DNA of 64,000 nt from Azolla caroliniana. Taxonomy: Eukaryota; Plantae; Polypodiophyta. Below the pieces are notes generated by a model. That model searched no databases, was not told the DNA's origin, and saw only the letters and a program-made list of their open reading frames with translations. The DNA is taken from positions 6,386,001 through 6,450,000 of the forward strand of contig JBHGNT010000001.1 in NCBI GenBank assembly GCA_043228905.1, written 5' to 3'. Both the position numbers and the translations under genes were made by a program. Position 1 is the first letter of the stretch; each line of letters opens with the position of its first letter. Of the stretch, positions 13,086-23,921 are shown piece after piece.

Positions 13086-14926
13086 ATGGCGACTGTGAAT
13101 TCTTCTTCCACTCCCCCATCTGTGCCTTCCCAAATCTTCGACCACAGGTTCGTCTCTGCCCCTCATCCACCCCTGCTCTATCATCGTCCTCATCATCCTC
13201 ATCCGCATCCGCACGGTGAAGGACGAGCGTTAGTTCTTCAGACCAAGAACAAGAATGGTGGATTAGGGTTAGGGTTAGGGTTGGGTAATAGTCGGCTCGT
13301 GTTTTGTATGGCGCACCCTCGGCGCGTGAAGATGGTGGCTCAGCAGATAAAACGAGAGATCGGAGACATGATGATCAAGGATAAGAACCTTCAGCAGGCC
13401 ATGGCGCCTGAGACAGCCCTTGGGGCAGACCTCTACCTCTCCTCTGTCACCACCGTCAGTGATGTCGTCCTATCCAATGATTTACAAGTGAGTCTTTTAT
13501 GCTGGTCATTTCTTTTGCAATTATTTCTAATTTGTTTGCCACTCTTCGATTTTTTTTGGAATTATCATCTAGTTTTTATCGGTATACCTTCCAAAAAACT
13601 CTGAAATGCCCCAGAGCTTTTCGCAATTTTTCTGACATGCCCTGTTTCAACCACATCTCAGAGATAGTTATTCTATATGATGTTTGAGGAAATTTCCTTG
13701 GGAGGAACAATTCATTTCTACGTTTACAAACTACATAATTATGTAGTTTCTTTATTCTATTTATTCATATATTTGTAGGACAACTGCTGAATAGCTCAGG
13801 TTTTTCATTGTTTTCCGAATGCCTGTAAGTTTTCATTATTTTCACCTAATTGCCCTGGTCAATCTCATCTTTGAGCAATAGTATGTTCCATCAAAGCAAT
13901 AATGCTTGCTATCTTTGGATAAAAGAAGCAAATTGATATGATATGTCAGCAGTCCTTCGACCAAAACATTCCCAAACTTTTCTTTATTTACTAGCACTAA
14001 ATTTTCATTATGTTCCCTAACACTCCTCCTGGTCAAACCCATCTCCGAATAATTAGATGTACTTTTTGAACAATTATATGTTGCTATGTTTACAAAAACA
14101 GGCAATCCACCACATTTTCTCTTTTCTTTGCTTGTAAAAATGGCTTGTTCTTTTTTTCCTAGTGTAAGCTTAGCTCAATTGTTCAATATGAGGGATCATT
14201 ATATATATGATCGTGCTAGTCATTGTATACCTGTTTGTATGGTAACTTTCAATAGCTCACTTTCAAAGTTTAAAAAGAAAGATTATTTTTTTTCGTCATC
14301 CAAATGTAGGTTGCAAAGGTATATGTGTCAATATATAGTGATGAAAGAGGCAAGGAACTTGTTATGGAAGGTCTAAAGGCGAAAACAAAGTATGTGAGGG
14401 CAGGATTAGGGAAGAGAATGCAATTAAGGTTAACTCCAGAGGTTCGATTCATCATGGATGAATCATTGGAGAAAGGAAGCAGGGTACATACTGTCTATTC
14501 TAACTCTAGATCAATCAAAGAATTTGTTTTTGTCTGGAAATGTTCAATGATAATAAAATGCCCCTATCTTGTTGAAGTATTTGCTTGAATACCCCTCCCG
14601 CCACGTTTCCAAAAGGTTGCCAGAAATACACCCCTGAAGCACAAACATTTGAGGGGGGGTATGCCAATTATTTGTGAAACTTAGGGGGCATTCTCGTAAA
14701 AGTACTCATCAAGCTAGTTGTATTTTGCTCTGTTCCGCTTCCATCAATTTCAATTGGATTTGGCTGAATAGAAAAGGGTTTTAATGTGTTGTGATAGGTT
14801 CTATCCATTTTGGATAGATTGCAAAAGGAAAGGGAAGCTAAGGGAGATCAAAAGGATGATGATGATGATGATGATGATAATTGGGATGATATTGTGGAGG
14901 AAGATGATCTTTCAACCAAGGAGTAA
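13086..14926 (+). CDS. RBFA: Chloroplast ribosome-binding factor A (~234 aa); exons 13086-13487, 14310-14483, 14798-14926
   Basis: Transit-peptide-like N terminus, then CMAHPRRVKMVAQQIKREI..DLQ|VAKVYVS..YVRAGLGKRMQLRLTPEVRFI.DESLEKGSR|VLSILDRL and an acidic tail. All introns are GT-AG, phase 0. Confidence 0.94.
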
Positions 14927-15612
14927 TGAATCCACAAGGTAGTTGGGGAGGTACATTCCATTTCCCAAAGAAATTTTGCTGTACATAAAGGGGGCCATGA
15001 TGGATATACATTCCGGAGAAGACACAATATCCAAAGAAGCTGATTCACTCCTATGAAGGTCATATGCTGGACATGTTGATGTATCAAAGAAATGGTTATA
15101 TTTAAACATTTGATTTATATGACAGCTTGATTGTATGTTACAGACATTTCTATGCATCAAAGAAATGGTCACAAATGGTCCCATTGTATGGTAGACATTC
15201 CCTTGCATTGAAGAAATGGTCACAATTATTTCCTGTTTTATTCTTTGGTGTTTATAAGCTTGTAAATGTGAGACAACATTAATCCTTAATATGAGCATGA
15301 AGGTTAATTGAAATAGGTAATTAGTGTTAAGCTACAAAATAACACCAAAAATTAGTTCCATTTGATTGAGAAACCAAGCTTTTGTGAACAATGTCAGAAT
15401 AAGTAAGATGAAAGTCATAATTCATGATGATTGTGATCATATTCATAATTTATCTTTTAATTTAATTGCAAACAAAATGTTTCTAATTTAAAAACTTTAT
15501 GCTAGTAGGATTTGATGTCACGGTGCTTTAGAGGCAAATATAAAACCATGTTTAATGATAGGGCATCACACACCTCTTGGAAGAGGCACAACCCACTTAA
15601 GCCCATGTAAAG

Positions 15613-16055
15613 TGTTGAGAGATCAAGCTCAAATTAGTTTAGTTATTTAGTCAACCATGTAACATTGTAGTTACCTAGATAGAATCTAGTTAGGAGTGTT
15701 TGACTATAACTCCTTAAATAGAACCTTGTACTTAAGTGGGATATTCTAGATCCTCCACTCTTAAGTACATTTAATATAGGACTTACACCTTAGTACCTAT
15801 ATTCTACTGACACATGTGCACCTTTGCACATGAGATGTATATATACCTCAGTTTGGGTATTTTTGTATTTGATGATGATGATGTTAATTTAATATAGAGT
15901 TAATCATCCCCCATATTGTGTTGTTCATAAGTGTTAACTTACTCTCTCTCTCTTCCTCTCACACACATACACACGTATCACTTAATCTTCTGCTTATCAA
16001 TTAATCTCATAATTAGGTACTAATTAACCTGTAGTTAATCACCTAATTCTTAACA
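15613..16055. mobile_element. Solo LTR (443 bp)
   Basis: TGTTG...TAACA termini with a perfect 5-bp TSD TAAAG (15608-15612, 16056-16060). Internal TATA-like and CT-rich tracts. Confidence 0.82.
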
Positions 16056-17771
16056 TAAAGTATGTTTGGGGTGAATGAACTTATTGCAAAGGATCATTTT
16101 GGAGATAACCAATACCGTTTGCGAGAAGTATATGGCACAAGATCCACAAACAATGAGAACCATGATTGGGGAACATCAATAGCTTGCGTTAAGACTCCTT
16201 GACCACAATAGCTATTTTCATGATGCTTTAGGCATCTCATAGGGCTTGGAATGGTCAATAGACATCTTCTTGTTTTTTATCTTTATTTAATATTCATTTG
16301 TCAAAGAAGCTATATAACATAAGGATGGCCTTGTAGGCCATATTAACCTCTTTCGAGGCATTAATGCACTGCTTATCTTCCTCCTTTTCAGTAGTCCTTA
16401 TGGAATTCAATTCTCCCTCCTTTTGAACATAGTTTGATGCATTCATACTATTTGATTGATTCAGTTTGCTATTTCCTTGTTTGTGCCTTACTCATATAAT
16501 TTTATTGATTTATTGTGTAGAGCACTTCGAAAAATACAACATAACGCCACTGTAAAAAACTTGAACCCTTTTGAATGCAAAACCCAATGAATATTGACAT
16601 TATACGTTTGGAAATGCTTGACTTTATATGACAACCATTTGTACACCAAGGCGCGTACCACACTATCAACTTGGGAATAAAAAAAAACTTATTTAAGTAG
16701 CAACATAGATCAACTCCTTTAATACTAACTACATGTAATAGATCCCTAAAGCTTCTTAATGTCTATTATTCTTAGCACCAAGATGAGCTCAAGCCCAAAG
16801 ACCAAACAAATAAGACAAGGATGATGCATTAGCCCATCTCTAACTTGCTCTTAGATGTTTCGTGGCAACAATAGAGAAATAACCATTGTACACCATGACG
16901 AAATTTGTGGGACCTTTTCATTGTCGATTTTGCTCATAGAGGGTTGTAGTTTATCATAAAGATTCATCATCATGTATGTGGATGCCACGTCAATGTTGCA
17001 ACTAGTTAATCGATCAGGGCTTGGGTAAGTTTTTGTTGAATTTAGTGTTTATAATAAGTGGAGGCGATATGAAGATGTAATTAGGTTAGATATTAATTTT
17101 TTAGCGTCCATAGGGAGGCCGATATTGAGCCATGGGACCTAACTGAGTACACTTTTAAGTTTTCTTAATGTAAGTAGTGTGGGGGAACTGTCGTTCTTTC
17201 ATATACATAACACATTGTATGCATAGTATGAACCATACGCGCATTCCCATTCGCGAATGTTTTTCAATCATTTGTGTAAGAAAAACACCCTCAAAGAATG
17301 ATAAAAACCATACTTTTGGATTATCTATTTCTTACGAGGTAAATAAGCCTAAAAAATGGAAAAAAACAAAAAAAAAAAACACACAGGAATGTTTCAATAA
17401 CATTCATGCTAGACGAACACGAATTTTACGTACTATGATTGTATAATGTATGTAAAATCGTTATACATATTATATATAACTTGTATGTACGTAACGTTAG
17501 ATTTTGTTTCATGATGCAGCACCATCAAGAGTCCACAATGACCTTTTTATATACATTGCTCCCATCATGCTTCTCTCATTTTTAAAAATTTTGAGTGTTT
17601 TTTTGTGTGCTAAGCTGCTTTTACAGATGTTTAACTAAAGATGTGGAGGAGAAGCTAGTTTTGTAAATTCCCCCTAAATTAACCACAAAATGTCAGCAGA
17701 ACAGAGAGACAGAGACAGAGAAAGCCGCCATATCACACAAAGATCTGTATTTTCTCTGTTATTCTTTAGAT

Positions 17772-17812
<41 letters not shown>

Positions 17813-18236
17813 CTCTGTTTCTCTGTTTCTCATCATCAAAAGCATTAAAACAATACTCGAAAAAAGAACCATGAAAATATGGAAAAACATTCATGCTACC
17901 GTTAATGCAAAACAAAAGCTACTAATCAGCATATCACCATCTTTGCGGTGATCTGCTCTCCATCTTCTTTCGCTCGTAGTAACAGTCCGTACAAGCTAAC
18001 TAACCAAAGGAAAGAGGAACTCCATCTCTTCTTTTTTTCATCCTTTCGTATAACAAATGGATATGAGCAGCAGGGAGAAAAAACAAAGTATGTAGAATAC
18101 GTGTGAGTGTGCGCTCGCATTTAGGGAAGCATTAATCATCATCTTATGAATGAATGACTAATATACGAATAGCAGAGAAACACACACATATGTATATATA
18201 TATATATATGTAGAGAGAGAGAGAGATCATATTGAT

Positions 18237-21200
18237 ATGGCTAACTCAGACATCGAACTAGCACCATCTAATCTATCGAATCTCTCAGTTGATGGAGTTT
18301 CACACTATGAGATCGGATTCCCCAATGTTCTGCGCCCACCTCCAAAGTCCTGTGTAAATAAACTAGCCAATGGAAAGGTATCTTTTTATGTTTACCTCAT
18401 GTTTTATAATCCCGTGGAGGAAGGAGAAGACACTCTATTACTGGAGGGCACCGCAAACCCTACTCAATTCTTGTTGCTCAATCAGTCCATGCTGAATGAA
18501 GAGATAACAAACAACCTTCAAATCCGGCTTAACCTCCCTCACAAGGAATGTATTAGCGTTGATTTCATACCTTGTGGAACAATATCTCTTGATCAAGACC
18601 AAGTAAGTTTCTTCATCGTCTTCGTTACAATGGTTACCTTTACAAGAGATTCTTAAGCACATTCTGTAGGTTGATCATATGGTCACAACACACAAGTTTT
18701 GAGTTGAACTGGACTGATGATGCCCATTGCTATTTTTGAAACATATCTTAAACTGAAGAAAAATCTCATAAAGCAGGATTTACAGGTTTTGAATTTTGTA
18801 TAATCAGAATCTGTCTAATGATGTGTTGTCAAATAGTACGATATTTTGAGACTTGGTTTAAAACAACTTAATTTTTGGTTTATTACTCAATTGAGAAGTA
18901 TATTAGACATGCTCGGTCAAAGATGTCTATTTCTCAACATATTGAGAGTAAAAGATGTTAACACCACATAGCTGATTGAATTCTTAGTGTGGTTTTGCTG
19001 TTAAATAAAATGAGAAAAAATCAATGTTTAAGCTTTAAGTGAAAAAAGAGAGGGAATTTTGTCATCTCACTGGCTCATCTGTAATGATACTTCATTGAAA
19101 TTGCAATGTTTTCTTTTATCAATGTTTTCTTGGGTCTAAATGAGTTATAAATCTTGTTGCGTATCACTGTTATTTTGTGCATACAAAGTGGTTTATGTGT
19201 ATAAGAAATATGAATTTTGTTTGGTTTTTAAGTCATTGTGGAAGAGTAAAGCTTAGTTGATCACTTTATTTTGATGGCACTCCAGGTAACTATAGTGAAA
19301 GCATTCAACACATTTCTTTTCAGTCTGATTCTCGGGAAAAACTTTGTGGAACCACAGAGAACAATTGCTATTGTGGAGAATAAGACAAAGGGTTACTATG
19401 TAATGCCAATGAAAGGGGGGATTGATAATTCAACTATAATCCATAAATCGAAAGCAATGAAATTCATTGATTGGAAAACTGCAATCAATCTTGTGAAATG
19501 CAAATTGAATATTATGAAAGAGGAATGCATAAACTTCCAAATGGATTCAAACACACAAGGGATTCCTGTATCTTGTACTGAAAATGATACTGGTTTTATG
19601 AATTCAAGTTTAAATTTGAAGTCTGGGTTTTATAAAGAAGAAGAGTTAATCGATGCTTTCATAACTTACGGTCCTTGGAGTGCACCATGCTTCATTATCA
19701 GGATTTCAAAGGATCTTACTGGGCTGAGTTCTATGCCAGGAAGCAATAGATTCTCCTCTTACTCTGACTTTTGGTTGAAGAGGTAATATAAACATTGTCT
19801 TCATAATCATTATTGTTACTCAAGATTACATCTCATTAAGTTTCTCGATGAGTTTCATATGCAATTGATATGACAGGGGTTACTATTTCATGGATATGTA
19901 AGATATGAGAAAAATATTGAGATTCTATATTTTATGTCAAGAATATAATATTGTTTCTAGGTCATGGTAATTTAAAAATACAAAAGATTCTTTGTGAACA
20001 ATTCCATGTATATATATGACATATCTGTTGCTGCTTTAGGTATAAACATGAACTAAAGCATCCTTCGCAACCACTTTTAGTGTGTTATACACAATCTCAT
20101 GTAGCCAATTTTTTGCAACAACCATCTCAAGGTAAGAAAGAACCTTATTAAATATTTATTGTAGATCCTCCAGTCATGATCTTACAATTTTTTACATTTC
20201 AATGCCATTAAAACAAGGATATATGCATTTAAATTCGATGTTCCTAACATTGGTCAATGTTGATTGGGAGAGAACAAAAGCACATTGGTGTAGTGCAAAA
20301 GCAAGGAGAGTTGAGCTGCCCCCAGAGGTTTGTATTTTACATAAAGGGCTTAAAGGATGCTTATGGAGAGGAGCATTTAGACTTCCATCGATTCTGTGTG
20401 GTCTTGAAAATGCATTGTTAGCGGCCGAGCTCCGAGATAGCATCCATGTCCAAATCTCAGCTTTTAAGGTAAGAACGAGCACAATAAAGTGCTGGAGAAT
20501 CTTTTTTCATGTTCTTTAAAGAAAGCGTCTCATGTTTTTTAACATCACTGATTTTTTTAAAATGTAACCGTAGCTACAAGAGGCCTTGACAACGGGTGCA
20601 TACAATATGTCTTATTCTTATGAAAGGCTTGAGTTCCTTGGCGATAGCTTTTTGACCCTATCATGTGCAACTATGCTCTTCTTGCAAGATGCATCGATGA
20701 GCAAAGAAGACTTGGCTTCTTCGTTGCATCGCATCGTGGAGAACAAGGAGCTCTTTCGTTGTGCCGAGGAATGTGGTCTTGCTTCTTACGTTTTCAATGA
20801 ACCATTTCTAGTGAAGGAATGGATCCCTCCGGGACCTATACCTGATTGCCTCAAATCAAGCGATAAAAGAGTTCAGTCAGGGCTTGTAAGAAAACAAAGG
20901 ATCTCATGGCGCACGTTAGCTGATGTTGTGGAGGCGATTATTGGGTTGTTTGCATTGGAGAATAATAACACCAGTGACATTTTGAAAGCCATATCATGGT
21001 TGAGGGTCGCAATAGATTATCCAAAGTTTGATCTTAAACGAGTACTTGTGTCACCGATCAGGTTTTTCTCCCCATGTAAAATAGATCGTCTTGAAGCTCA
21101 ACTTGGGTATCACTTCAAAAATCTTGAGCTTGTGTCAATGGCATTCTATTACGATTCGCAAGATTCAGAAGGTGGATTACACTTCTCAAGACTCTCGTAC

Positions 21201-22359
21201 CTCGGGGATTGCATCCTTTCACATTACATAGCCAAGCATCTTATAACTAGTTGTCAATCTGAGAATGTGGGAATCATCAATGACTTGAAGCAATCCGTTA
21301 TCAATAAGGAGAATTTGGCCTATGTATGTGCAAAACATAAGCTTCAATCCTTTCTTTCTGGAGTTTCTTGTGATGGGGAGGAGAGAATTGCAGCGTATGT
21401 GGCAGCGATAGAGGAGATTCTCAAAGCTCAGAAAATTCCTTCTCCATTTGGTTATTCTGGGTTATGTGCACCTAAGGCCTGATATATTCTCTTTCTCTCA
21501 TACACCCACACACGTGCATGCATGCATACCTTCATGCATGATATGTAATGTATGCATAACATATCATACATATACACATAGTACATTATGCATCATAGCA
21601 TACCACTCATGCAACATACATCCTACCATGCATCATAACTTACCATGCATACAAGCATATCTACGTAATAGATTAATAACATACGTAGATGCCGGTTTTG
21701 GGTGATTTGTTGGCATCCATACACATACATAATAACATACATATAGGTCTTGTCTTTTTCCAGGTTTTGGGTGATTTGGTGGCATCCATAGCAGCAGCCA
21801 TATATCTGGATTCTGATCTGGATGCGGAAATTTCATGGAAGGTTAGGTTTGATGCTATACATTTTTTACTAGGCTGATAATACAAAATAATTAGTGAAAA
21901 AAAAACTCATAACATTTGATCATTGATTTAAGTGGCCAATAACTTGAATAGATTGTTCTCATTTGTTTTTATAGATCGTTCAACCATTGCTAGAACCTCT
22001 TCCAACACCAGTATGTTATGCATTGCATCCTGTCAATGAGTTGAAAGAGATTTGCAAAGCAAGGCACATGTTACTGGACATCCAAACAATGTTCGAATCC
22101 AAATCTGGTATTTATGAGACAGGTGTTTTTATCGATGAAGAAATATTTGCGACCTTCAGGCACGAGGAGAAACGCAAATCTCGGAAATTCGCAGCTTTCA
22201 AGGTAAGCCACAAATCTTGTTAGTGTATATGGGGATTCACATCTCGTAAATTCTCAGATTTCAAGGCATATATATACAGAAGAAACCTCCTCACATTGGC
22301 TTTATTTGTATTATGCATGCCAGGCGCTTCATGATCTCAAGGCAAATGACAAGCAATAA
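18237..22359 (+). CDS. Helicase-less Dicer-like protein (platform-PAZ-RNase IIIa-degenerate RNase IIIb-dsRBD), ~790-820 aa; exons 18237-18602, 19286-19782, 20040-20131, (20218 or 20302)-20468, 20574-21476, 21764-21841, 21975-22202, 22324-22359
   Basis: PAZ signature YSDFWLKR|YKHELKHPSQPLL; connector VELPPEVC..RLPSIL..LE..LLAAELR. RNase IIIa LQEALTT..SYERLEFLGDSFL..LADVVEAIIG. RNase IIIb LEAQLGYHFKN..FSRLSYLGD..APK|VLGDLVASIAAAIYLDS. dsRBD HPVNELKEIC..AAFK|ALHDL. Phases join in frame. The exon 4 acceptor is uncertain and intron 5 needs a GC donor. Confidence 0.85.
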
Positions 22360-23520
22360 CTTGTTAGTGAAAATAATTGCTAATAATGCTATTCCTTTTG
22401 TTCAGATCTAATGCTACCATAAAGGTACAATTAGATAAAACTGACAATAAAATAAACTTTTTGATCAGAATACGTTGCCTATGCCTGACGAAAATGTCCA
22501 GAGTAGCTTTCGAGAGCATCAAATCTGCCTAATCCTCTTTCAGATAAGCATATGATAAGTTCATAATTTAGTTTTAACCCAATATCGTAATTTATCATGG
22601 TAGCATAAAATAAGCTCATGATAACCTCATTCAGCAGTTTTGCTCACAGTTGGATAATTATATCTAAAGAAAGCTGAAGTCCAAGTGAAACAATTGGATC
22701 CAAATATCATTGGTTGTAATGTTTAAACAGTTAAAGCCTCAGCAAATGTGTTTGTAAAGCTTAATTATATATGTCATATTAGTGGATTAGTGGAACACTT
22801 TTTGTAAACAAGCCATGTTACTCTAAAATCACCGTCATCTATATCTCCTATTGCTTCAAATCAAGTATACTGTTTTTGCATTCCTAATGTCATCTAGATC
22901 CGTTTAGCTCATGAAATGAGGAACACTTCCTTTTTACACATCATTTGCATCAAATATCAGCAATTTCATAGCACCCTGATCTCTTGGCATAAAAAAGTAT
23001 CAGTTTCCTATGTATCAGTGTAAGGCACTTTTATCATGTGTATATAAATTCAAGGTGCCAACAATCATTTTTCTCATAACAATAATACTACATTGATGAC
23101 AAAATACGCGAAACCATGCAATCTTCTCTCTGCTTTGAATAACTGTACTATACATCTATGTTTTTTGCATGATGTAAGAATGAATGTTTGTTCTCTGTTC
23201 CATTGTCGATATATAATTGGAAGATAAAGACCTAGTTTTCTCTTTTTATTGATATAATAGTCCTAGTTTCACTGGGATTGCTTTGACAATAATGAACTCA
23301 CCACTATCTCAACAAATTCTACAACCCTTTCCTACCACAAAAAGGGTAAGATATATTCACTATGCATCAACAAGTAAGATTATAACATTGCCTATTGTTT
23401 TAAGGCATGATTGGTTGATGTTGCCTTTAATCATGGAGTGCCCATGTCATTGTCAATAGTGCTTTGAAATATGTTGTGAGCCTACGTGACAGAAACTATC
23501 ATGTCTTATACATGAGGGAA

Positions 23521-23921
23521 AGGTGATGACAAAGCATGAACATGTCTTTTTATGTATGTAACAGGAAAAAGTAATTGACTCTATCTATGGTTTTCTGTGA
23601 TAATCAAACTGTTGCATAGCTTCACAAGTTTGTTTAGAGGCTAGCATAATAATATATGGCATTACGATGTCTTGCGAGAGACATCCCAAAATGAAATATT
23701 TGAGAAATAACAATACATGAGTGAGAGGTGCTGACAAAGCATGAACATGTCTTTTTATGTATGTAACAGGAAAAAGTAATTAACTCTATGTATGGTTTTA
23801 TGTGGTAATCAAACTGTCGCATAGCTTCACAAGTTTGTTTAGAGGCTAGCATAATAATATATGGCATTACGATGTCTTGTGAGAGACATCCCAAAATGAA
23901 ATATTCGAGAAATAACAATAC
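23521..23921. repeat. Tandem duplication of a ~205-bp unit
   Basis: aggtg(a/c)tgacaaagcatgaacatgtctttttatg... at 23521 and 23726. Confidence 0.9.

Noticed and set aside
14545-14708. Possible MITE in RBFA intron 2 (aatgccccta ... taggggcatt-like inverted match)
   Set aside because: Short imperfect inverted repeat with no definable ends or TSD.
17120-17140. gatattgagccatgg resembling miR171
   Set aside because: Only a short partial match with no complementary arm.
18670-18790. Possible extra Dicer-like exon after ctgtag at 18669
   Set aside because: In-frame TGA after 10 codons; the 18602->19286 join already gives a continuous DCL-like sequence (LDQDQ|VTIVKAF).
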